Numbered from the stretch's first letter, positions 1-7,756 are shown. The stretch is DNA of 24,000 nucleotides from an uncultured Candidatus Saccharibacteria bacterium (GCA_964494845.1 CAZBSC010000002.1:22970-46969); one strand, 5' to 3'. The notes: generated from the sequence alone by a model not told the origin. Made by a program: numbers and translations.

Positions 1-43
1 CAGTAATCGAACAGTCTGAAGATAAGATAGAAGAAGAGGTGTA

Positions 44-418
44 ATGCTTAGCCTTTTTGCGGGTTTTGTATGCGAAACATCGTACTATCCACAAATTTTG
101 CTGAGTAGAATGATTTTCTGGTCGAGTGTTGTGGGTGCTGGTATCCTTATCTTCGTTAGTTTTAAAAAAATAAAAAACTGGTGGTTAAAGATTATATCCA
201 CAGCCGGTATTCTGTTAGCGCTCGTGACGGTGCTTTTTATAGCTACAGTTTTTGTCATTCCTTGGGGATGTAGCGTAAATCCACTCGACTTCTCGAAGCC
301 AATTAATCCGAATTACGATCCTCGAAACTATGGGCCCCCCACAACCGAAGAGGTACAACGCGATGCTTCACCCCAACCACCTAATGGGGTAGAGATATAT
401 AACGTTAATCCTCAATAG
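44..418 (+). CDS. hypothetical integral membrane protein
   Basis: 124-aa ORF with a purine-rich SD-like GAAGAAGAGG just upstream. Its ATG overlaps a preceding in-frame TAA (TAATG at 42-46), suggesting coupling to a gene that runs off the left edge. Two clear hydrophobic helices (MIFWSSVVGAGILIFVSF, IISTAGILLALVTVLFIATVFVIPW) precede a Pro/Asn-rich tail. No family recognised. Confidence 0.5.
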   Translation: MLSLFAGFVCETSYYPQILLSRMIFWSSVVGAGILIFVSFKKIKNWWLKIISTAGILLALVTVLFIATVFVIPWGCSVNPLDFSKPINPNYDPRNYGPPTTEEVQRDASPQPPNGVEIYNVNPQ

Positions 419-422
419 AGCA

Positions 423-451
423 TTGACAATTTCTATCTGTTAAAGTAGAAT
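423..451 (+). promoter_or_regulatory. sigma70-type promoter of the rpsF operon
   Basis: Perfect -35 TTGACA (423-428), exactly 17-nt spacer, -10 TAGAAT (446-451). This leaves a roughly 65-nt leader before rpsF. Confidence 0.55.
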
Positions 452-521
452 AAGTCTACTAATAAACCTCAGCTCGTTATCACTCAGGAGAACGGGCCGA
501 AAGACCAAAGGAAGGAATTTT

Positions 522-896
522 ATGCAGCAATATGAATTAGCAGTCGTATATGACCCTGGTCTCGAAGTGGACTTGTCTAAAGCCGAAGATCGAGTCAAAA
601 AAATCGTTAGCGATAATAAGGGAAAAATCGTTAGTAATGATAATTGGGGCAAGCGAAAGCTTGCTTACCCAATAAACAAGCACGAACATGGTGTCTACGT
701 GTTTTATATCGTAGAACTTGTTCCAACGTCACTTGCGAAAGTTGAGAGTTCACTGAATATCACAAACGAGGTAATCCGCTATCTTATCGTTAGGCAAGAC
801 GAGAAAGAACTAGCAAAAGTGGCTGCAGCTAAAGCTGCAAAAGCTGAACGCGAGGCTAAACAAGAAGCTAAAGAAAACGAACCAAAAGAAGACTAA
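522..896 (+). CDS. rpsF: 30S ribosomal protein S6
   Basis: MQQYELAVVYDP... and ...GKRKLAYPINKHEHGVYVFY match the conserved S6 core. Lys/Glu/Ala-rich C-terminal tail. SD AAAGGAAGGA lies 5 nt upstream. Canonical rpsF-ssb-rpsR context. Confidence 0.95.
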   Translation: MQQYELAVVYDPGLEVDLSKAEDRVKKIVSDNKGKIVSNDNWGKRKLAYPINKHEHGVYVFYIVELVPTSLAKVESSLNITNEVIRYLIVRQDEKELAKVAAAKAAKAEREAKQEAKENEPKED

Positions 897-910
897 GGGG
901 GAATAGGGAT

Positions 911-1384
911 ATGGCAAAAAGTATTAACATGGTGACACTGATGGGTAACCTAACTAGGGACCCTGAACTGCGACAGACGCCGAATGGACAGAGTGTATGT
1001 AGCTTTAGTTTGGCGCTGAACCGTAGCTATAAAGACGCCAGCGGCGAGTGGAAAGAACTGACAGATTACGTAAATATTATTGCTTGGGCGGCTCTTGGCG
1101 AAAGAGTTTCGCAGTACCTAGCAAAAGGCCGTCGATGTTTAGTTGTTGGCCGACTTCAAAGCAGCAGCTGGGAACAAGATGGTCAAAAGCGAAGCAAAAT
1201 CGAGGTTGTAGCCAATGATGTAACTTTTCTAGATGGACGTGGCGGGGATGGATCATACGAAGGCGGCGATAAGAGCTCCACATCACCAAGTCCGCAATCT
1301 ACCAGCAGCAAAAAACAAGACGATGTCGTAATTGAAGACATCGATGACAGTGCACCTATAAACTTAGACGACATCCCATTCTAG
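911..1384 (+). CDS. ssb: single-stranded DNA-binding protein
   Basis: OB-fold N-terminus (NMVTLMGNLTRDPELRQTPNGQSVCSFSLA...), a Gly/Ser-rich linker and the canonical acidic C-terminal tip DDIPF. SD GGGGGAATAGGG upstream. Confidence 0.95.
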   Translation: MAKSINMVTLMGNLTRDPELRQTPNGQSVCSFSLALNRSYKDASGEWKELTDYVNIIAWAALGERVSQYLAKGRRCLVVGRLQSSSWEQDGQKRSKIEVVANDVTFLDGRGGDGSYEGGDKSSTSPSPQSTSSKKQDDVVIEDIDDSAPINLDDIPF

Positions 1385-1397
1385 CGAGTAAATATTT

Positions 1398-1589
1398 ATG
1401 AATAAAACCAAATTAGTCACAAGTTCAATAGCAATGTATTGCCTGGTTATAAGTTCGGGAATTATGATTGGTGGATTCATGGCCAACCCACCACAATATG
1501 GTTATCTCAAAGTGCTTTTTGGCCTAGGCATTTTATTGAACATAGTTGCATTGATAGCATTTAATAACGTGCGGAAACAGGAGAAATAA
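1398..1589 (+). CDS. small hypothetical membrane protein (two predicted TM helices)
   Basis: 63-aa ORF that exactly fills the ssb-rpsR gap and ends in tandem TAA TAA, the second overlapping the rpsR ATG. Two hydrophobic helices. No convincing SD (only GAG), so coding status is uncertain. Confidence 0.4.
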   Translation: MNKTKLVTSSIAMYCLVISSGIMIGGFMANPPQYGYLKVLFGLGILLNIVALIAFNNVRKQEK

Positions 1590-1591
1590 TA

Positions 1592-1795
1592 ATGGCGAAG
1601 ATTTTTAGAAGAAAAGAAGAAGTAGCGTATTTTGACTACAAGGATTTCAAATCCTTGCAACGATATTTGAACGTATACGGCCAGATTGAGCCGCGTAAAA
1701 AGACTGGCTTAACAGAGAGCCAACAACGACATTTGTCACGGGCAATCAAACGAGCTCGACACTTGGCGTTGCTGCAATTCGTATCAAACGGCTAG
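1592..1795 (+). CDS. rpsR: 30S ribosomal protein S18
   Basis: 67 aa. [14 protein letters not shown]...[19 protein letters not shown]...[18 protein letters not shown] is the S18 signature. SD CAGGAG lies 8 nt upstream. Confidence 0.95.
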   Translation: MAKIFRRKEEVAYFDYKDFKSLQRYLNVYGQIEPRKKTGLTESQQRHLSRAIKRARHLALLQFVSNG

Positions 1796-1828
1796 AATAA
1801 AGAATAAACCCTAAAAAGGAATTCTAAT

Positions 1829-2107
1829 ATGGATAATGTATACAAAAAAGTCCAGAATTTGCATAACAGATTTAAAGATACGGTTGATGAACCCCAAGCG
1901 GCAATCTCTACTAGTCTTCGAAATGATATACAGCGTCTAGAAGATGAGATTGAAATGAAGAGAAACAAGGGAACGCTAGAGGACAGAGTGAAGGATATTA
2001 TTCGTAAGCTAGAGTCGCATCGTAATGACAGCTTCATGAGTTACGATGATGTAAAATTTTTGATGGATAGGTTTGATGATCTTCGTCAAGATATCAGGAA
2101 ACTATAG
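1829..2107 (+). CDS. hypothetical charged, probably all-helical/coiled-coil protein
   Basis: 92-aa ORF with SD AAGGA 8 nt upstream. Highly charged heptad-like sequence (DIQRLEDEIEMKRNKGTLEDRVKDIIRKLE). No family recognised. Confidence 0.55.
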   Translation: MDNVYKKVQNLHNRFKDTVDEPQAAISTSLRNDIQRLEDEIEMKRNKGTLEDRVKDIIRKLESHRNDSFMSYDDVKFLMDRFDDLRQDIRKL

Positions 2108-2119
2108 GCAATAATTACC

Positions 2120-2686
2120 ATGGCTTTTGGAATAACTGATCTTAAAAAAGGCACTATTTTTCAACTAGATGGTACACCGTACCGTGTTGTGCAGTATGGC
2201 CAAAAAGTTATGGGACGCGGTGGGAGCATAGTGAATGTAAAGATAAGAAGTCTTATAGATGGTCGGGTTTTGGATAAAACATTCAAGGGCAATGAAAACG
2301 TCGAGCCGGCTGATGTATCTAACCAAAAAGTCCAATATCTATACAACGATGTATCCAATTTTTTCTTTATGAATCAGGATACCTACGAGCAATTCGAGGT
2401 TAGAGCAGATATAATTGGCGATCAGTCGGGTTACTTGAAGGAAAGCGATAATGTCACAATCCAGCTGTTTGACGGCCAGGTGATAAATGTAGAATTACCT
2501 AAGAATGTTTACCTAAAAGTTACTTACTGCGAGGATGTGGTAAAAGGTGATACTACCAGCTCGATTACCAAAGACGCTGAACTTGAGACTGGGATAACAG
2601 TAAAAGTTCCAGCCTTCATAAAAACAGGTGACGTAATATCTGTTGATACCGAGAGTGGCGCCTACCGTGAACGCAAGAAAGACTAA
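2120..2686 (+). CDS. efp: translation elongation factor P
   Basis: 188 aa. Aligns without gaps to B. subtilis/E. coli EF-P through the beta3-beta4 loop (YRVVQYGQKVMGRGGSIVNVKIRSL vs [25 protein letters not shown]). Three-domain length. Confidence 0.95.
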   Translation: MAFGITDLKKGTIFQLDGTPYRVVQYGQKVMGRGGSIVNVKIRSLIDGRVLDKTFKGNENVEPADVSNQKVQYLYNDVSNFFFMNQDTYEQFEVRADIIGDQSGYLKESDNVTIQLFDGQVINVELPKNVYLKVTYCEDVVKGDTTSSITKDAELETGITVKVPAFIKTGDVISVDTESGAYRERKKD

Positions 2687-2701
2687 AGGAAACGACGAAC
2701 T

Positions 2702-3421
2702 ATGTCTAAACAAAGACTAGATCAAGCTCTGGTCAGTAAAAAGCTAGTTCAGTCTCGCTCTCAAGCAGAAAACTACATAAAATTGGGAATTGTTAGTGTG
2801 GGTGGCGTAATTATTAAAAAACCAGGGTATTTTGTTAGCGATGATGCCCGTATCGCGTTGGACACAGACGAAAGATACGTGTCGCGTGCGGCATTGAAGT
2901 TGGCTTCGGTGGCAGAACAGTTTAGTCTAGATTTTAAAAACAAAGTGATACTAGATGTTGGGTCATCAACCGGTGGCTTTACAGACTTTGCATTGCAACA
3001 CGGTGCTGCTAAGGCTATTGATGTTGAAGTTGGTAGCAACCAGCTACACCCAAGTCTTAGGGGCGATAAAAGAATAGAGCTGCATGAACAAACTGATATC
3101 AGGTCAATTAAAAAGTTATCATCGCCAGCAGATATTGTCGTAATTGATGTTTCATTCGTATCACTGAGAGAGATTTTGCCTCATGTTGCTTCTTTGATAA
3201 GCAAACATGCATTAGTTGTCGCGATGGTCAAACCACAGTTTGAAGCGTCCAGCGAAGTTAAACACAAGGGTGTGATAAAAAATGAGCGAATAAGGCGAAA
3301 TATTCTGAAAGATTTTGAAACTTGGGTAAGACAGTATTTTGCGACCATAGATAAAGCCGATAGCAAGGTTAGCGGCAATAAAGGAAATGTCGAGCGTTTT
3401 TATTTGCTAAAGAAGATTTGA
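2702..3421 (+). CDS. tlyA: TlyA-family rRNA 2'-O-ribose methyltransferase (S4 domain + FtsJ-like SAM MTase)
   Basis: N-terminal S4-like RLDQALVSKKLVQSRSQAENYIKLGIVSVGG. SAM motif ILDVGSSTGGFTDFALQHGA. Conserved KPQFE and ERFYLLKK tail, typical of TlyA. Confidence 0.9.
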   Translation: MSKQRLDQALVSKKLVQSRSQAENYIKLGIVSVGGVIIKKPGYFVSDDARIALDTDERYVSRAALKLASVAEQFSLDFKNKVILDVGSSTGGFTDFALQHGAAKAIDVEVGSNQLHPSLRGDKRIELHEQTDIRSIKKLSSPADIVVIDVSFVSLREILPHVASLISKHALVVAMVKPQFEASSEVKHKGVIKNERIRRNILKDFETWVRQYFATIDKADSKVSGNKGNVERFYLLKKI

Positions 3422-3444
3422 CCATCTAGCCAAATCCTGGATGG
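3422..3444. terminator. hairpin between convergent tlyA and crp-family stop codons (possible bidirectional terminator)
   Basis: CCATCTAG (3422-3429) pairs with CTGGATGG (3437-3444): 8 bp including one G-U, with a 7-nt loop. It occupies the 28-bp gap between the two stop codons. The T-tracts on both sides are poor. Confidence 0.3.
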
Positions 3445-3449
3445 CGGTT

Positions 3450-4097
3450 TCAAAGAAAACTTCGCAATTTTGCTTCGTTCTTTATTGTGATATGAGACTG
3501 GACATTAGTAATGAAGCCTTTTCTGATTAGTTGGGCAAGTTCTCGCCCGGTCGTTTCTCTGGTAGCATTAATTGAGCTAGCGATATCTTGTTGTTTTAGA
3601 GGGGCTTCAATAAAAATTCCATCTTTTGTAGTTTCGCCAAATCGTTGGCTCATGATTAATAAAAATGAAATCAATCTTTCCCGAACCGATCTGTATTCTA
3701 AATTAATAATCCTTTCAGAATGAATTCGATACATTTCTAAAACCACATCTAGTAGCGGCGGTAAAAGATCCTGATTTTGTTTTAGTAAGTTCAAATATTT
3801 CTTTTGATCGAGCCGCAGGACCTTAACTGGCGATAACGCTTCATATATAACATGACGGCCCTCTCCAGTGATGGACCATATGAGAGGGAAGATCTCGTTG
3901 GTTTTTCTTATAATCAGCAGGTTTTCTTCGCCGTATTTGGTTATGTCGTATGCTTTAACTAATCCCTCTACTATATAAAAAACGCCCTGGGGGTTCTCCC
4001 CAGGGCGAATAATAAATTCACCTTTTTTGTAAGTCAGTGGCGTGCCTTGCTGGAAGGCTTGCACTAAAGATGTGTGCTGATTCTTTGAAGCAAACAT
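3450..4097 (-). CDS. Crp/Fnr-family transcriptional regulator (cNMP-binding-like domain + C-terminal HTH)
   Basis: 215 aa. Beta-roll region GEFIIRPGENPQGVFYIVEGLVKAY. Recognition helix ATRETTGRELAQL keeps the R-E-x-x-G-R pattern of E. coli CRP (SRETVGRILKML). No cysteines, so it is not an FNR-type Fe-S sensor. Confidence 0.85.
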   Translation of the reverse strand: MFASKNQHTSLVQAFQQGTPLTYKKGEFIIRPGENPQGVFYIVEGLVKAYDITKYGEENLLIIRKTNEIFPLIWSITGEGRHVIYEALSPVKVLRLDQKKYLNLLKQNQDLLPPLLDVVLEMYRIHSERIINLEYRSVRERLISFLLIMSQRFGETTKDGIFIEAPLKQQDIASSINATRETTGRELAQLIRKGFITNVQSHITIKNEAKLRSFL

Positions 4098-4103
4098 ACC
4101 TAT

Positions 4104-4112
4104 ATTATGTCA
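4104..4112 (-). promoter_or_regulatory. extended -10 element (TGaCATAAT) 6 nt upstream of the crp-family ATG
   Basis: The minus strand reads TTTTTGTGACATAATATAGGTATG. There is no SD, and the geometry fits a leaderless or near-leaderless transcript. Confidence 0.35.
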
Positions 4113-4173
4113 CAAAAATATTGGTATTCGTAATTATCTTGTTTCCTATTAAAAATTTTCTCGTAAGGGTTGG

Positions 4174-4189
4174 TGTGAGATATCTCGCA
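4174..4189. promoter_or_regulatory. CRP-type operator TGTGA-N6-TCGCA
   Basis: TGTGAGATATCTCGCA has one mismatch to the TGTGA-N6-TCACA consensus, with a palindromic GATATC core. It is the only such site I found in the window. It lies 84 bp upstream of the crp-family start and 92 bp upstream of the bPH gene start. Confidence 0.5.
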
Positions 4190-4272
4190 CTCTTCGAGCG
4201 ATTAGGTTAACAGACATTGATCTTTATATAGGCATATACTGTTATTGTAGCAACAAATGAGGAGGTGCTCAG

Positions 4273-4893
4273 ATGGTTAGCTCAAAGGAAATAGAGAAAC
4301 AATTAAAGAGATTGAATGTGCACTTTTCATTTTTTGGTAACGCGGAACTTCGCGAGCTACAAAATATAATTGTAGAGAATGAGCAGATCGAGTACTGCAC
4401 TAACGGTCGTTACTCAGGAGGATTTGCTGTTTTATGTGTCACAAACATGCGAGTTTTACTAATCGATAAAAAACCGTTTTTCTTAATGCTCGAAGACCAC
4501 AGTTACGAAATGATAACGGGGGTGGATTACTCGTATAGATTGTTAGATGCCACAGTAAAAATCCGTACAGCCAATAAAACCCTCAAATTCACCGGTTTCA
4601 ACAAACAAGCGTTGAGGGACGCTACCAGTCAAATCCAACAACAGGTAATACACTTTCGCCAATTGCATATCATGAGAGCAGAGTCGGAACAATCCGGGAT
4701 TGCTCAGGTTATTGATAATACCTCCCTGCATGAGTGGCCACAACCAACAAATTTTTCCCCGGCAATATTATCTGGTAGTAGTGATGAAGCTGGTTTGGTG
4801 GAAGTGGGGTTGCCAGATGTAGGGATCTCCAATTCCGCCAATACGTACATTAAGTCGCCATTACTGACCCGAAGACGCCTCCCTAGATACTAA
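4273..4893 (+). CDS. bacterial PH (bPH/YokE-like) domain protein with low-complexity C-terminal tail
   Basis: 206 aa. Strong SD GAGGAGGTG lies 5 nt upstream. The core ...CTNGRYSGGFAVLCVTNMRVLLIDKKPFFLMLEDHSYEMITGVDY...ATVKIRTANKTLKFTGF resembles bacterial PH-domain proteins. Confidence 0.7.
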   Translation: MVSSKEIEKQLKRLNVHFSFFGNAELRELQNIIVENEQIEYCTNGRYSGGFAVLCVTNMRVLLIDKKPFFLMLEDHSYEMITGVDYSYRLLDATVKIRTANKTLKFTGFNKQALRDATSQIQQQVIHFRQLHIMRAESEQSGIAQVIDNTSLHEWPQPTNFSPAILSGSSDEAGLVEVGLPDVGISNSANTYIKSPLLTRRRLPRY

Positions 4894-4897
4894 AATC

Positions 4898-5974
4898 CTA
4901 TGTGTTAAAACGAAATTCAACAATATCATCTGGCTGCATGATATAGTTTTTGCCCTCGAGGCGGACTTTCCCGTTAGCCTTTGCGCCAGCAATTGAGCCC
5001 GCTGATATCAGGTCGTCAAAACTAACTACTTCTGCAGCAATAAACCCTTTCTCAAAATCGCCGTGAATAACCCCTGCGGCTTTTGGGGCATTTGCGCCTT
5101 TTTTCACTGTCCATGCCCGTACTTCCTTTTCGCCGGCAGTTAGATAACTCTGCAGCCCCAGAGCATGGTAAGCAGCATGAATTAGTTGGGCTAAGCCAGT
5201 TTCTTCTTGGCCATAGCTTTCAAGTAGTTCTTTCGCATCATTACTATCAAGATCTTTTAGCTCGTTCTCTAATTTGGCACAAACAAATATGGCTTTGGCT
5301 GGGGCAACTATTTCACGAAGTTGTTGCTTTTTAGAGCTATCGGAAAGGCCTTTTTCGTCCATGTTAAATAAGTAGATAACAGGCTTCGCTGTAATTAGAT
5401 GAGTGTCCTTGATAAGATCAAAATCTAGGTCATTAACAGAGTAAAGTGGTTTGCCTTCATTGAGCAACTTTTGTGTTCGTTCTAGTGTATCGACAATAGG
5501 TTTTAGCTTGGGGTTGCCCTTGGCTTCTTTAGTAATTTTTGGAAGCTGTTTTTCGACGGTTTGTAGATCTGCCAGCATAAGTTCCGTATTGATTACTTCT
5601 ATGTCTTTTTCAGGATTAACTTTTTCCTCGACGTGCACAACGTTAGAGTCGTCAAAGGCCCTGACGACATGACATAAAGCATCGGTGGAGCGAATATGGC
5701 CCAGAAACTGGTTCCCCAGACCTTCACCCTTAGATGCTCCAGAAACTAACCCTGCGATATCAATAAAATTCACCGTTGCCGGCACGATAGGTGCGTTGTT
5801 ATACATTTTTGCTAGGGCTGAAAGTCGGTGATCCGGGATAGCGACTATGCCTGTATTGGGCTCGATTGTTGCGAAAGGATAGTTTGCAGCTAGTATGTCG
5901 TTGTTCGTTAAGCAGTTAAAAAGTGTCGACTTGCCAACGTTTGGTAGCCCAACTATTCCAATAGATAAAGACAT
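4898..5974 (-). CDS. ychF: redox-regulated ribosome-binding ATPase YchF
   Basis: 358 aa. G1 motif GIVGLPNVGKSTLFN, FATIEPN, DIAGLVSGAS, and the C-terminal TGS-like RAWTVKKG...IHGDFEKGFIAAEV. Confidence 0.95.
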   Translation of the reverse strand: MSLSIGIVGLPNVGKSTLFNCLTNNDILAANYPFATIEPNTGIVAIPDHRLSALAKMYNNAPIVPATVNFIDIAGLVSGASKGEGLGNQFLGHIRSTDALCHVVRAFDDSNVVHVEEKVNPEKDIEVINTELMLADLQTVEKQLPKITKEAKGNPKLKPIVDTLERTQKLLNEGKPLYSVNDLDFDLIKDTHLITAKPVIYLFNMDEKGLSDSSKKQQLREIVAPAKAIFVCAKLENELKDLDSNDAKELLESYGQEETGLAQLIHAAYHALGLQSYLTAGEKEVRAWTVKKGANAPKAAGVIHGDFEKGFIAAEVVSFDDLISAGSIAGAKANGKVRLEGKNYIMQPDDIVEFRFNT

Positions 5975-6016
5975 AGGTCATATTCTAACAGAGGTAAGGC
6001 AATTATCCTAAGCTTA

Positions 6017-6424
6017 TTATTCTACAGATATAGTACCTTTAATATAGGGGGCTAGATGATCGTGCATTCTCCACTTGCCCTTATTCTTGAAGGTGAATGT
6101 CCAACTTTCACCTGGCTTTAGCTCTCTTTTTGGATCAAATTCTGGGTACAAATCATGAGTTGGATGGATATTGGATGCTGGCCAGCGATTGCTTCCACTT
6201 TTATTGACGAACGTTATAGCTTCACCAGTTTTTAGGGTTACTTCGTTCGGGCTATACCCATCATCATTCATTACTATTGTTGCGACAACTTTTCCGTTAG
6301 TTGGGGCAGGCTCTTGAGTCTGAGTCTGCTCGTTATTTTTACGACTAAGCTGAGAGTACCCGACAATGAATAAGAAAATTAACGCAAAGAAGAATAGTGC
6401 GATTAATAGATGTTTTTTCTTCAT
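6017..6424 (-). CDS. secreted/membrane-anchored cupredoxin-like domain protein lacking the type-1 Cu cysteine
   Basis: I prefer ATG at 6424, giving MKKKHLLIALFFFALIFLFIVGYS (a signal/anchor). It overlaps the upstream stop as TAATG. The ORF track's TTG at 6439 is an alternative start. The beta-sandwich-like pattern is VVATIVMNDDGYSPNEVTLKTGEAITFVN...PGESWTFTFKNKGKWRMHDH...GTISVE. His/Met residues are present but there is no Cys. Confidence 0.7.
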   Translation of the reverse strand: MKKKHLLIALFFFALIFLFIVGYSQLSRKNNEQTQTQEPAPTNGKVVATIVMNDDGYSPNEVTLKTGEAITFVNKSGSNRWPASNIHPTHDLYPEFDPKRELKPGESWTFTFKNKGKWRMHDHLAPYIKGTISVE

Positions 6425-7623
6425 TAGATTGCCGTACAATAAGATTTATATTTTGGCTCGAATTTATCACAAAACTGACTGAGTTTATCGTCACTCTCGA
6501 TTATATCTTCAGCTCGGTCCGAGATTGTGGCGTAACACCTTTTTTTGTAAGCCGTCGATATTAGATTATTACATAGGTCTAGGGCGGTTTCTTGTGTGCT
6601 CTCATGCCAAAATGAATTTTGTGACGCACCTTCTATACAAGCTAGTGCCAATTCATTTGACTTCGCATAACTACAGTTTTTCTCAACCTTTTCTGAGTCA
6701 CTAGAGAAGGTTGTGCCGACATCTCTTCCCATACTTAAGAAACAAGTTGTCTGGTATTTATTTTCAATCTCAGTGCATGCGTTCGCTACTTTGTTATATT
6801 TAGTTCCAAATATTGCTATCATTCTCGATGTTTGATAGTTATAGCAAGCAAATTTATATCTTTCGTTGATTTTTGAAGAATTACACGGGAACAAAGGGTC
6901 ATTGCTCAGCCATTCACTACTATGGTAATGGCTGTCTTCTTTATGTTTTTTTGCGTCATTAACCGATAGAGCTCCAACTACGTTTTCCATAAAGACGCCT
7001 GAATAGCAGGATTCCTTACTGTCAAACATTTTCGGCAAGCCGTCACATCCTTTTAATGCTTCGGGGAGGTCGTAATCGTTGTAAGCCATTAAACCGTGGC
7101 CTATTCCATGAAAGCACTGATGTGCATAAAAATTATTAATCTGATTTTGACAGATCAGGTTAATGCTTTCGGATAGATTTTCTGCACCATGCTCTTTAAA
7201 AAAGGCTTCTGTTACTCCATGGGTATAGCCGGACATACATTCACTGTTGTTTACGCTAAATGCCTTTTCGCCTATTAACTCATAGTTGAGATGGCCTACT
7301 TTATGGACGTATTGATGACAGTCAACTGGGGACGCCTTTATTCTTGCAATAGTCTCGTCTACGCCGTGTTTTTTCAGGTATTTTTTCAATATTTTTTCGT
7401 CCGAAAAGATCCCACGGTCATCCCTAGCTACTTGATTACCGTGTACTTGGTTGAAAGCCAAGTTATTTAAGATAAAAAGAACACAAGCGAAAGCCAGCAA
7501 CATTGCGATGTATGAATAATATCTAATGTATCTATTCTGCCGGTAAAGTAGGGCCAGCTTAGAAAAAAAATATTTAGATTTTTGACGTATTTTTAAATTA
7601 TGGGCTTTTCTATTTTTAGTCAT
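6424..7623 (-). CDS. membrane-anchored Cys-repeat protein (about 7.5 tandem ~34-aa C-x10-12-C units; His-rich first units)
   Basis: 399 aa. Basic N-terminus, then one TM helix (YSYIAMLLAFACVLFILNNLAF). The ectodomain has 16 Cys arranged periodically (158/170, 193/206, 247/260, 283/294, 317/329, 351/363, 385/396, plus 102 and 129). No family recognised. Confidence 0.7.
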   Translation of the reverse strand: MTKNRKAHNLKIRQKSKYFFSKLALLYRQNRYIRYYSYIAMLLAFACVLFILNNLAFNQVHGNQVARDDRGIFSDEKILKKYLKKHGVDETIARIKASPVDCHQYVHKVGHLNYELIGEKAFSVNNSECMSGYTHGVTEAFFKEHGAENLSESINLICQNQINNFYAHQCFHGIGHGLMAYNDYDLPEALKGCDGLPKMFDSKESCYSGVFMENVVGALSVNDAKKHKEDSHYHSSEWLSNDPLFPCNSSKINERYKFACYNYQTSRMIAIFGTKYNKVANACTEIENKYQTTCFLSMGRDVGTTFSSDSEKVEKNCSYAKSNELALACIEGASQNSFWHESTQETALDLCNNLISTAYKKRCYATISDRAEDIIESDDKLSQFCDKFEPKYKSYCTAI

Positions 7624-7756
7624 CGATTATATTCTTCAATTAAAGTAAATTGTATTGTTACGTAGCTTAAAAAAACCGATTCAAGCATAAGGTAATCATA
7701 TAATAAGAGTTTTTGATTAACAATCTTTAAACGTAAGCGTATATGGTGTATCATTA

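Noticed and set aside
1-43. Possible 3' end of an upstream gene (frame 3: ...VIEQSEDKIEEEV*, with TAA at 42-44 overlapping the next ATG).
   Set aside because: Only 13 sense codons are visible. That is too short to support as a feature, so it is mentioned only as context for the TAATG overlap.
452-521. The roughly 65-nt rpsF leader as an S6:S18 autoregulatory RNA. It contains GGGCCGAAAGACC with a CCG and a GAAA loop.
   Set aside because: I could fold only a 3-4-bp hairpin with a mismatch and could not reproduce the published helix/bulge architecture by eye. It needs a covariance-model search (Rfam S6/rpsF leader) before being claimed.
4207-4240. A complete sigma70 promoter for the bPH gene (TTAACA or TTGATC as the -35 with TATACT as the -10).
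   Set aside because: The spacers are 22 nt and 12 nt, so neither works. Only the -10-like TATACT is credible, which I read as consistent with activator dependence rather than as a stand-alone promoter.
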